NCBI GenBank assembly: GCA_045587045.1 | Contig: JAZNBM010000142.1 | Coordinates: 3,163 to 67,162, forward strand | DNA from: Acutalibacteraceae bacterium | GTDB taxonomy: Bacteria; Bacillota; Clostridia; Oscillospirales; Acutalibacteraceae | Reading direction: 5' to 3' | DNA length: 64,000 bases | In this document: one piece after another, positions 20,536 through 29,430 of the stretch | How the letters are laid out: each line of letters starts with the position of its first letter | Position numbering within the stretch: the first letter of the stretch is position 1 | Program-made: the position numbers and the translations under genes | Notes under the pieces: generated by a model | Told to the model about the DNA's origin: nothing | The model's database searches: none | What the model saw: the letters and a program-made list of their open reading frames with translations, nothing else

Positions 20536-21930
20536 ATGAAACTGGTTTACAACATCAAGGACAAGCCCAAATTCGGCCAGATGATTATTTTTGCTTTTCA
20601 GCAGCTTCTTGCCATTATGGCGGCAACACTTGTCGTGCCCGTCATCATTAACGGCGGAGTTCTTGACGGCATTGCAGCAGGCACCATCAAATGGGAATTC
20701 ACCACTCAGATGAGCCCTGCCGCCGCACTTCTCGGCGCGGGTATGGGAACACTTGTTTACGCACTTTTCACAAAATTCAGAAGCCCCGTTTTCCTCGGCT
20801 CATCATTTGCCTTCCTCGGCTCAATGGCAGCCGCTTTTGCAGGCGCCGTTTCAGCTGCAGCAGGCTTTGCAGGTCTTATCATCGGTGCTGTTTTTGCAGG
20901 CCTTGTTTACGTTGTTATTGCTGTTATCGTTAAATTTGCAGGCGTTAAGTGGATTGACAAGCTTATGCCCAAGCAGGTTATAGGCCCCACAGTTGCAATA
21001 ATCGGTCTTTCTCTTGCAGGCAACGCAATCGGCGACCTTCAGAAGGCTCCCGCAGGCGGTCACACTCTTATCGCTGTTGTTTGCGGTCTTTTTGCTTTGA
21101 TTATAACAATGATCTGCTCCGTTTTCGGCAAAAAGTTTGCAAAGCTTATCCCCTTCATCATCGGTATCCTTTCAGGCTATGCCCTCGCTTCCGTCTTTAC
21201 CGCTATCGGTACATTTGCGGGAATCGACACTCTCAAGGTTATTGATTTCTCCCCCATCACTGCTCTCTGGGCTGACGGAATCAACGTCAAAACCTTCCTC
21301 ACTCTTCCCGATTTCACGTTTGTGAGCGCAATCAAAGGCTTCAAAGAAATTGACGGTGCTTACATCGGTTCCGTTGCAATGGCATATATCCCCGTTGCTT
21401 TTGTTGTTTTTGCAGAACATATTGCAGACCACAAAAATATCTCCTCCATTATCGAAAAGGATCTTCTTAAAGACCCCGGTCTTCACAGAACACTTCTCGG
21501 CGACGGCGTAGGCTCAATGGTCGGTGCCGCATTCGGCGGTTGCCCCAATACCACATACGGTGAATCAGTTGCCTGCGTTGCAATCACAGGTAATGCTTCC
21601 GTTTCAACAATCGTGACCGCAGCTATCCTTGCAATTGCAATTGCCTTCACAGCTCCCTTTGTTGCTTTTGTCAACTCTATCCCTGCTTGCGTAATGGGCG
21701 GCATCTGCATGGCTCTTTACGGCTTCATTGCAGTAAGCGGTCTTAAGATGGTTCAGAAAGTAAACCTTGAGGATAACAGAAACCTCTTTGTTGTTTCGGT
21801 TATTCTTATTTCAGGCATCGGCGGTCTTGCTCTCAACTTCGGCAAGATTCAGATTACATCCATCGCAACAGCTCTTATCCTCGGCATTCTTGTTAATATC
21901 ATTCTTTCAAAGAAAAAGAAGAAGGCATAA
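20536..21930 (+). CDS. Uracil/xanthine permease (NCS2 family)
   Basis: PVFLGSSFAF, EHIADH, LHRTLLGDG, PNTTYGE. Confidence 0.92.
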   Translation: MKLVYNIKDKPKFGQMIIFAFQQLLAIMAATLVVPVIINGGVLDGIAAGTIKWEFTTQMSPAAALLGAGMGTLVYALFTKFRSPVFLGSSFAFLGSMAAAFAGAVSAAAGFAGLIIGAVFAGLVYVVIAVIVKFAGVKWIDKLMPKQVIGPTVAIIGLSLAGNAIGDLQKAPAGGHTLIAVVCGLFALIITMICSVFGKKFAKLIPFIIGILSGYALASVFTAIGTFAGIDTLKVIDFSPITALWADGINVKTFLTLPDFTFVSAIKGFKEIDGAYIGSVAMAYIPVAFVVFAEHIADHKNISSIIEKDLLKDPGLHRTLLGDGVGSMVGAAFGGCPNTTYGESVACVAITGNASVSTIVTAAILAIAIAFTAPFVAFVNSIPACVMGGICMALYGFIAVSGLKMVQKVNLEDNRNLFVVSVILISGIGGLALNFGKIQITSIATALILGILVNIILSKKKKKA

Positions 21931-21953
21931 TCAATCTGTAATATAAACAAATC

Positions 21954-21983
21954 AAGGGATGTCCCGTTTGGGGCATCCCTTTC
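21954..21983. terminator. Bidirectional terminator
   Basis: AAGGGATGTCCC-GTTT-GGGGCATCCCTT. Confidence 0.8.
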
Positions 21984-22002
21984 TGTTTGTAAAAGCTTGT
22001 TT

Positions 22003-23040
22003 TCATTCAGGTGACTTTTCACCGAAAGTTATATCTGCATTCACAAATGCTTTTTCGCCAACCCATACAGCTGACCAGGCAACCTTGCTGCCTGCATAGA
22101 AAACGTCTTCAACCGATTCTGCAAAGGCACTAACACCAACCGTTGTAACGGATTTGGGCAGTTCAAGGCTTGTTATGCCCGTACAGCCTGCAAACGAGTT
22201 ATCGCCGATAACCTGCACCGTTTCGGGGAATTTAATCTCTTTAAGTGCCGTGCAGTTTTCAAATGCGGATGCACCTATAAGCACCAATTGCTGCGGAAGA
22301 CTGATTTCTCTCAGGTTTTCGCAGCCGCTGAAAGCTCCTGCCGCAATTTCGGTTACGCTGTCGGGGAAGGTTATTTCCACAAGATTTTCGTTGCCGAGAA
22401 AAGCATTTTCACCTATTCTTTCTACCGTTGACGGAACGGTGTAGGAATTCATCCTGAAACCGTCAGAATACATAACAAGCTCTGTTTTTGCCTTATTGAA
22501 AATTACACCGTAATTATCAGCTGAATAATAAGCGTTATCCGTGCTGATTTTCACGTCGGTTATTTCGCATTCGTCAAAAGCATCTGCAGCAATAAGCGCT
22601 ACGTTCCTGCCAAGATTAAGAGCCCTGATACCGCAACCCGAAAACGCACGCGCTTCAATGACCTGCATACTTTCGGGCAACACAAGCTCCTTAAGGTTTT
22701 CACAACCCATAAAAGCTTCCGTACCGATTGCGTTTATTCCTTCGCCGAAGCGTACCTTTTTGATTTGCTCGGCATATAAAAGCACGTCAGGGTTTGTTTC
22801 CCATTTACCCGTACCCGTTATTTCAAGAGCGCCGTCATTAAAAAGCACCCACTGTGCATTTGCATTATTACCGTTTGCGGCAACACCGCTCTCGTTAGGT
22901 TTCTGTTCGGCTGTTACCGTTTCTCTTTCTGCGTGAGGAATAACCGAAGCTTCTGTTATTTCCTCAGCTCCTCTGCCGCCGCACGCCGTGAAAGACACAA
23001 TCGCGGCAAGCAAGGTTAAAATTGCTGTTATTTTTTTCAT
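22003..23040 (-). CDS. BspA-type leucine-rich-repeat lipoprotein
   Basis: Lipobox FTAC; repeated IGxxAFxGCxxLxxIxLPxxV (LRR_5) units. Confidence 0.9.
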   Translation of the reverse strand: MKKITAILTLLAAIVSFTACGGRGAEEITEASVIPHAERETVTAEQKPNESGVAANGNNANAQWVLFNDGALEITGTGKWETNPDVLLYAEQIKKVRFGEGINAIGTEAFMGCENLKELVLPESMQVIEARAFSGCGIRALNLGRNVALIAADAFDECEITDVKISTDNAYYSADNYGVIFNKAKTELVMYSDGFRMNSYTVPSTVERIGENAFLGNENLVEITFPDSVTEIAAGAFSGCENLREISLPQQLVLIGASAFENCTALKEIKFPETVQVIGDNSFAGCTGITSLELPKSVTTVGVSAFAESVEDVFYAGSKVAWSAVWVGEKAFVNADITFGEKSPE

Positions 23041-23061
23041 TATTATCAGACCTTTGCTGTT

Positions 23062-23964
23062 TTATCGGGCTTCAAGAAAATGATTTGCCCAGCAGAGCTT
23101 TCCTCTTTCATCGGGGTCAGCTGCAACACCTATTCCGACCTCAACAAAATCGGGGTTCATCAGGTTGTTATAGTGAGTTCTTGAATCTTTCCAAGCCTGA
23201 CAAACATCCTCGGGGTTGTCAAAAACATAACCGAGGTTTTCGCCTGCTTTACCCGTATTATAACCTGCCTCTTTAAAAATAGTGAAGCACGATGTGCCGT
23301 CGGGGCGCCTGTGAGAATGCTCACCCGACCAGGCAATTTCTTCTGCCCTTGCACACGCCATAACAGTCAAATCTTCGTTGAGCCTGAGCGGAGCTATACC
23401 CTTTGCCGCTCTGTAAGAATTGATTATACGAAGATTTTCATTGATATAATCTCTGTAAATCTCTCTGTTTGCTCTAGCCGCAGGCAGCAGCTCCTGATAG
23501 GTTGCGGAATAATTGCTTCTGTTGAAAAAGCTGCTTGTGTATTCATAGCCCACGTCAACTCTTTCGCCGTCAATCATCTGATAGTAAACCGTTTTGTATC
23601 TGCGCTCCACAACCCCGTATTTGAGCTCAACCACTTCAATCTGATTATCCTTATATACACGGCCTTTTGATGTTGTTGAAACATCGGAATCGGCGGTTGT
23701 TGACGGTTTTTTTGTTGTTGAAGGTGCTCTTGTTGTTGTGGTTAATGCTGTTGGCGGCACCTGTGTTGTTGAAATCACGGTTGAAAGCTCCGTCACAATC
23801 AGCGGCTCCGTGACTGCTGCTGTTGTCTGTGCGGTTGTGCTGTGCGTTGTTTGCTGCGGTTTTGTTTCGCTTATATCAGACGTATCTTCCTTTTTAAAGG
23901 CACACGCTCCGAAAACCGACGTTGCAGCCACAAGCAAAGCCACCGTAAGTATTCTTATTTTCAC
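23062..23964 (-). CDS. CAP (SCP-like) domain lipoprotein with Thr-rich linker
   Basis: Lipobox FGAC, T/S-rich linker, INSYRAAKGIAPL, HSHRRPDG, GENLG, HYNNLMNP, VGIG. Confidence 0.9.
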   Translation of the reverse strand: MKIRILTVALLVAATSVFGACAFKKEDTSDISETKPQQTTHSTTAQTTAAVTEPLIVTELSTVISTTQVPPTALTTTTRAPSTTKKPSTTADSDVSTTSKGRVYKDNQIEVVELKYGVVERRYKTVYYQMIDGERVDVGYEYTSSFFNRSNYSATYQELLPAARANREIYRDYINENLRIINSYRAAKGIAPLRLNEDLTVMACARAEEIAWSGEHSHRRPDGTSCFTIFKEAGYNTGKAGENLGYVFDNPEDVCQAWKDSRTHYNNLMNPDFVEVGIGVAADPDERGKLCWANHFLEAR

Positions 23965-25985
23965 TTGATTTCCTCCGTACTCTGCTTCTTTTTTCTTTTC
24001 GATTCGGAAGCAGGTTTGCTTTGTTCAACATCAAACAGAAGCGATGCTTTAAACACGTTGTTTTCTGCCTCAATTTCAAGCTCTGCGCCCTGAAGCACGG
24101 CAAGAGTTTTGGAAATTGAAAGACCAAGACCGCTGCCTTCCGTGTGGCGAGAGCGGTCGCCCCTTACAAATCGCTCTGTAAGCTCCTGTGCATCAATATT
24201 GAGCTCGTTTTTTGCGGTGTTGGCAATGCAGAGCCTTGCTTTTTCTCCCTCAACGCCGAGCGTGATTTCAACATCGGTATCGGGCGCCGCATATTTGCAG
24301 GCATTATTAAAGAGGTTGGCAAGAATTCGCCAGAGCCAGCGTCCGTCACCCATAACGTAAATGTCCTGCTCGGGCATTGATATTCTGGGAAGCAGACAGC
24401 TTTTTTCGAGCTTGTCGGTAAATTCTTCAACCGTCTGGTTTATGATAATGTTAAGGCTTATTTTTGAAAGCTCAATTTCAATGTTACCTGAACTGATTTG
24501 CGAAGCCTCAATCAGGTCATCAAGCAAAAGGTTAAGATTTTCCGTGTGATGAGAAAGTATATCAAGATACTTTTCTCTTTCCTTTTTGGAAAGATTGTCT
24601 CTTTTAAGCAAATCAACGTAGCTGACTATCGATGTCAGGGGTGTTTTTATGTCGTGCGATACGTTGGTGATAAGTTCACTCTTAAGCCTTTCGCTTTTGA
24701 TTTCCTGCTCCATCGCCTTGTTGATTTCTTTTTTAATCTGGTCAAGATTTTTGCCATGTGCCTTGAAGCTGGCTATGGTGAGCTTACTTGCGATTTCGTC
24801 ACCGAGCACACCTTCGGCAAGTCGCTGACCCTCTTCGCGGATATAGTTGAGGTTGATGGCAATCATCGCAATAATCGGAATCATAACAAGTCTTGAAAGT
24901 GCCCAAATAATAACAAACATACCCAAAACGCTTCTTGGGTCAAAGTCCTTGCTGATGACACCGAAATATGCTGTTGTGAGCAGAATTGCCGCCTCTGCAA
25001 GGATATAAAACGAAATACCTATGCAGATTTTTTTGAAAAGGCTCATTTCTTTGAAAATGCGCCTTCTGATTTTGCGCGGAGTTTTCCTTTTGAATCTTCT
25101 GACTATCATATAAGCAATGGTGTTTTTATAAAGCTTACCCATTTTAACTCTTACAGAAAGAGTGGTAAGGAAAATCATCAGAACAAGGATAATGGCAACA
25201 AAGGTTATCATAACTATAACGTTATTAAGAACCATACCGACGTCCGCCGCCGTTGTCAGACCCATAATCACCCACGAAACGGCAAAAATAACAAGCACAA
25301 ACAGTACGCAGATATCAAACGGTATGTGGTCGATAAAGCCGGGCTCAACCTCACCGCTTTCGTTTTCTTCAAGACCTGCATTGATGGTTATGAGAGAAAG
25401 CATAATCACAATAACAATTGCCGCTACGCCCAGCGCAAAAAACAGAACGTATTTCAGCATATCCGCAATTTCAATCCACCGGAATGCACTGGCGTATTTA
25501 TCCTCGGCGGCATTTCTGTTGATTTCGTGCAAATAATAGTTTATTCTAAGCGGAATGGTTTCGCCTTTTTCGTCATAGATAAAATAGCTAGAACTGCCGC
25601 TGTATTCGGAAGATTCATATTCAGCCTTAACACCGTCAACACCGCCGGGTGAGTTTGTATAATAAACCTCACCGCTGATGTCGGTAACGTAAAACATAAA
25701 ATTTGTTCTTGACTGCGAAAATCTGTCTTTATAGTAATTTATTCTGTAATTATCCTTGCCCTCGTAAAAGCAGTTATAATAATCCTCTGCCTGCTCAAGG
25801 TCATCAAGCGAATAAAGCTGGAATGCGATTGCTTTGGCGGTTTTTCCGTCGTCGCCTTTTTCATAGAAATTATATTCCACAAGATACGATATGCCCAAAA
25901 CACAGCCGACAGCCACAAAAGCCATGCAAATGAGAACGATTATAGCGGATGTGCGGTCAGTTTCGGAGCGTATTTTTTTACCCAC
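23961..25985 (-). CDS. Multi-TM sensor histidine kinase
   Basis: H-box NVSHDIKTPLTSI, N-box NLFNNACKY, ERFVRGD, G2 GSGLGLSI. Confidence 0.93.
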   Translation of the reverse strand: MGKKIRSETDRTSAIIVLICMAFVAVGCVLGISYLVEYNFYEKGDDGKTAKAIAFQLYSLDDLEQAEDYYNCFYEGKDNYRINYYKDRFSQSRTNFMFYVTDISGEVYYTNSPGGVDGVKAEYESSEYSGSSSYFIYDEKGETIPLRINYYLHEINRNAAEDKYASAFRWIEIADMLKYVLFFALGVAAIVIVIMLSLITINAGLEENESGEVEPGFIDHIPFDICVLFVLVIFAVSWVIMGLTTAADVGMVLNNVIVMITFVAIILVLMIFLTTLSVRVKMGKLYKNTIAYMIVRRFKRKTPRKIRRRIFKEMSLFKKICIGISFYILAEAAILLTTAYFGVISKDFDPRSVLGMFVIIWALSRLVMIPIIAMIAINLNYIREEGQRLAEGVLGDEIASKLTIASFKAHGKNLDQIKKEINKAMEQEIKSERLKSELITNVSHDIKTPLTSIVSYVDLLKRDNLSKKEREKYLDILSHHTENLNLLLDDLIEASQISSGNIEIELSKISLNIIINQTVEEFTDKLEKSCLLPRISMPEQDIYVMGDGRWLWRILANLFNNACKYAAPDTDVEITLGVEGEKARLCIANTAKNELNIDAQELTERFVRGDRSRHTEGSGLGLSISKTLAVLQGAELEIEAENNVFKASLLFDVEQSKPASESKRKKKQSTEEIK

Positions 25986-26039
25986 GGTATCTCCCCTCCG
26001 TCAGTTGCCGATTAATCTTCTTGTGCCTCGGCAGTCAGA

Positions 26040-26765
26040 TTATTGCTCCTCCTCCGCTCTCGGAGAGGACTTTTTTTCCATTTTGTAGCCGTGACCCCAT
26101 ACAACCTTGAGATAATCGGGGCTGGCAGGATTGATTTCGATTTTTTCCCTGAGGTGACGGATATGTACCGTTACCGTGTTTTCCGCACCGAGAGGGTCGT
26201 CCCTCCATACATGGCGGTAAATATCTCTGGGTGAAAAAACTCTGCCCTGGTTTTCCATAAAGAATTTAAGAAGCGAAAACTCCGTCGGTGTAAGGTTGAC
26301 GGGCTCACCGTCAATGCAGACAGATTTTGATTTGATATCAAGTTCTATTCCGCCGTTATAAAGAATTGCTTCAGCCGAAACACCCGTGGCAGAGCCGCCC
26401 AGACGCATATATCTGCGAAGCTGTGACTTGACTCTTGCGCTGACCTCTATCGGGTTAAAGGGTTTTGTTATGTAATCGTCAGCACCTGTGTTAAGACCGA
26501 GAATCTTGTCCATATCCTGTGTTTTTGCCGTAAGAAGAATAACGGGTATGTTTGAATATTCCCTGAGCTTTGACAGTGCTTTCATTCCATCCATAACAGG
26601 CATCATTATATCCATCAGAAGCAGGTGGATTTCTTCTTTTTCAATAATCTCAAGAGCTTTTTTGCCGTTTTCAGCCTCAAAAATTTCGTAACCGTCATCC
26701 TTAAGATAAATTCTTAACGCAGTGCGGATATCGGCTTCGTCATCACAAATCAGAATATTATACAT
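26040..26765 (-). CDS. OmpR-family response regulator
   Basis: ILICDDE, MDIMMP, GADDYITKPF, winged helix VHIRHLREKIE, VWGHGY. Confidence 0.95.
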   Translation of the reverse strand: MYNILICDDEADIRTALRIYLKDDGYEIFEAENGKKALEIIEKEEIHLLLMDIMMPVMDGMKALSKLREYSNIPVILLTAKTQDMDKILGLNTGADDYITKPFNPIEVSARVKSQLRRYMRLGGSATGVSAEAILYNGGIELDIKSKSVCIDGEPVNLTPTEFSLLKFFMENQGRVFSPRDIYRHVWRDDPLGAENTVTVHIRHLREKIEINPASPDYLKVVWGHGYKMEKKSSPRAEEEQ

Positions 26766-26976
26766 AACAACTACCTCATTAACATCAGTTTTGGGGCAGA
26801 AACAGATGGTCTCCCCTTGCTTTTGTCTTATTATAACAGGCACAAAAGCAGAAATAAATAGTTTTTGAAATATTTTATAATTATTTAAGAATTAGGGCTT
26901 TTCGTCGAAAAAAGTGTATAACTCATCTGCCACTGCAAACACAAAAATCCGCCGAAACGTATCTCTGATTATTTCA

Positions 26977-27017
26977 GCAAAAGCTAAAGGCACCGGTTAC
27001 CCGATGCCTTTAGCTTT
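26977..27017 (-). terminator. Terminator of the MFS gene
   Basis: AAAGCTAAAGGCA...TGCCTTTAGCTTT 13-bp stem with an additional inner stem. Confidence 0.75.
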
Positions 27018-27097
27018 ATAGAAGGATGTATGAATCTCGCCGGATTTGGGAACACGGTTGCGGAGTCCTGCTCCCTGTTCCGGCAGAAGAAAGCGTA

Positions 27098-28975
27098 TTA
27101 ATCTTCGGCCGCCTTTATAACTTCATCGGGAACAGCTTCGCCGTGTTTTACGAAAATGATGAAGATAATTGAAAGCAGGAATGCAATGGGGCTGTAATAG
27201 AACAGCGACATATAGGTGCCTGCAAACATTCTGATGAAGCCGTAAAGAATAGGTGAAGCAATCTGTGCCGAGAATGTTGCGGTGTAGTAATAGCCTGTGA
27301 ATGTGCCGACCTTTTCGATACCGCCGATTTCGAGAACAAGGGGAAGAGTGTTGACGGTAATGAACATATTTGCAGCACCGCCGAGAACAAGAACGGGGTA
27401 AATAAGGATGTTAAGAATCTTTGTGATGTTTGCAACAGCACCGTTGATTTCGGTGAGAGCCGCATCAACTGTTGTAACGCTCTTGCCGAGAATCTTGTCT
27501 GTTACAGCAATAAGTGAATCACAAAGCTCTGTCTGTTCCATAATAATTGCATCGAATTCTGCATAGTTCTTGCTGAACTTGGAAACGTCTTTACCGTTTT
27601 CAACAGCTGCCCTGTATTCGATGTATTTTTCCATATTAAGGGTATCTGCCTCAGGAAGATCAACACCTGCTTCTTTGGCAAGGTCTGATTTTTCTGAATT
27701 GAATTCGTTAAGCTGATCGTTCACGGCAATGAATGAGTTATTTACCGTTACATAGTTTTTGATTGAAAGATTCTGGTTGCCGAGCATCACAATGAAGATG
27801 CCGAAGAAAACAACAAAAGCGGAAAGGAAGATTGCAAGACCTGCCATAATTGTTTTCTTTCTGCCGAACTTTTTGCCGAGCTTACCTGCGGGAAGAGCTG
27901 CAACACCGGAGCAAATGGCAAACATTGTCATAAGAAGACCTGCTTCAGAGGTGATCATATGAAGGATTTCCTGAGCAAACAGTGAGAAGAAGGTTGTGAT
28001 TGCGTTTGTGCCGCAGAAGAGGAAGAAGAGGCAGCCGAGCATAAATACAAGGCTCTTTCTTTCGCCCTTTGAAAGCTTTTCTGCCTTTGCGGCGGATTTT
28101 TCTGCTTTCTTTGCTTCTTTTTCAGCCTTTGCCTTTGCCTTTTCGTCCGCAATCATATTATTGACTGCAGCGTTTTCAAGACGGATGCGGCTGTCGGGTT
28201 CTTTTACGCAGAAAAGAACAACAAGCATACCGATAACCATAACGATGGAACCGATTGCGAAAACATAGGGGAACGAAACGGTTTCGTCTGCTTTGATCTG
28301 GGTTTTGCTCATACCTGTGAACAGTGTGCAAAGAAGAATGCCGATAGTACCTGCAACCATACCTACGGCTGAACCGATACCGCCCATAAGGTTGATAACG
28401 GCGTTACCTTCACTGCGGAGCGAGGGAGGTGTGAGGTCGGGCATAAGTGCAACAACGGGAGCTCTCCACAAAGACATTGAGAAAACAAAAAGGATAACAC
28501 AAAGCATTGTGAGAGGTACGCTGTGGAAGGTGCGGAAAACAATCGGGATGAGCAAGAACAGAAGTGCCGAAACAGGTGCGCCGTAAACAATGAAGGGGCG
28601 GCGTTTGCCGAGCTTTGAGTGACATCTGTCTGAAAGCTTGCCGAAAGTAGGCTGGAAAATAACACCGAAGATGTTATCGAACGTCATAATGATACCGATG
28701 AAAAGCGGAACAAGTGTGAAGCCGCCGCCGGGAAGAGCGATATCGTCGCCCTGTGCTGCCGAAAGATCAGCAAGAATGGGAAGCTTTTCAACGAGGAAAT
28801 TACTGAGGTTCGTTACGGCTGCAGAGCCTGTGAGAAGCTTGTTAAGGATTTTGGTGATAAACGGGTCATAAATAGCCCACGCAATAGACGTTGCCATAAA
28901 GCCGAAACCGGTAAGTATGGTGCGCTTGTAGTTGAGCTTACCGTTATCTTTTGCACAGAAAAAAGTTCTTTCCAT
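27098..28975 (-). CDS. MFS transporter (maltose/sucrose-type, SLC45-like) with large loop insertion
   Basis: GKLSDRCHSKLGKRRPF motif A, ALMPD, GKKFGRKK, GTFTGYYY. Start at 28975 after RBS AAGGAG. Confidence 0.88.
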   Translation of the reverse strand: MERTFFCAKDNGKLNYKRTILTGFGFMATSIAWAIYDPFITKILNKLLTGSAAVTNLSNFLVEKLPILADLSAAQGDDIALPGGGFTLVPLFIGIIMTFDNIFGVIFQPTFGKLSDRCHSKLGKRRPFIVYGAPVSALLFLLIPIVFRTFHSVPLTMLCVILFVFSMSLWRAPVVALMPDLTPPSLRSEGNAVINLMGGIGSAVGMVAGTIGILLCTLFTGMSKTQIKADETVSFPYVFAIGSIVMVIGMLVVLFCVKEPDSRIRLENAAVNNMIADEKAKAKAEKEAKKAEKSAAKAEKLSKGERKSLVFMLGCLFFLFCGTNAITTFFSLFAQEILHMITSEAGLLMTMFAICSGVAALPAGKLGKKFGRKKTIMAGLAIFLSAFVVFFGIFIVMLGNQNLSIKNYVTVNNSFIAVNDQLNEFNSEKSDLAKEAGVDLPEADTLNMEKYIEYRAAVENGKDVSKFSKNYAEFDAIIMEQTELCDSLIAVTDKILGKSVTTVDAALTEINGAVANITKILNILIYPVLVLGGAANMFITVNTLPLVLEIGGIEKVGTFTGYYYTATFSAQIASPILYGFIRMFAGTYMSLFYYSPIAFLLSIIFIIFVKHGEAVPDEVIKAAED

Positions 28976-29158
28976 TAAAATTCTCCTTTTTAAGAGTTTG
29001 CCTGACTGAACACAGGTGTTGCCCGAAAAATCAGACATTATACGTTGTTATTATATCATCTTTGATATGGATTTTAAAGACAACATTTTGAACTAAAAAA
29101 TCACATTATTTTTGTTAGACTTGCCGAAAAATTTTTATTCTCCGTTTAAGAAAAAGTC

Positions 29159-29187
29159 TTGACAAAGCTTTTATGTGAGGTTATACT
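29159..29187 (+). promoter_or_regulatory. Sigma-A promoter
   Basis: TTGACA-17nt-TATACT. Confidence 0.85.
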
Positions 29188-29230
29188 CAAACACAGAGTA
29201 TAAAATTAATTATGAAAGGAGGCGGACACA

Positions 29231-29302
29231 ATGACAAACAGAATGAATCATTTCAAAACTTGCTCCTCGGGCAAAGTGTTGCGTCCGCGTGCCGTTTTAT
29301 AA
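29231..29302 (+). CDS. Putative leader peptide, 23 aa (MTNRMNHFKTCSSGKVLRPRAVL)
   Basis: Strong RBS AAAGGAGG 8 nt before ATG; lies between the promoter and a terminator upstream of the ABC operon. Confidence 0.7.
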   Translation: MTNRMNHFKTCSSGKVLRPRAVL

Positions 29303-29329
29303 TTTTTTTTGCGGATATTTTTGATGCAC

Positions 29330-29368
29330 ACAGCGCTTCTTGAGGACAGGAGCGCTGTTTTATTTTTT
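29330..29368 (+). terminator. Leader (attenuator) terminator
   Basis: ACAGCGCTTCT-TGAGGAC-AGGAGCGCTGT-TTTATTTTTT. Confidence 0.8.
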
Positions 29369-29430
29369 ACCAACCTTTTGCTCTCAGTCAACACTATATA
29401 TACGATTACATTCACGAAAGAGGTGAAAAA

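Noticed and set aside
23690-23870. Tandem repeat
   Set aside because: Low-complexity Thr/Ser linker codons of the CAP protein.
27030-27101. 23-aa plus-strand ORF MNLAGFGNTVAESCSLFRQKKAY
   Set aside because: The SD-like GAAGGA is only 3 nt from the ATG and no promoter is evident.
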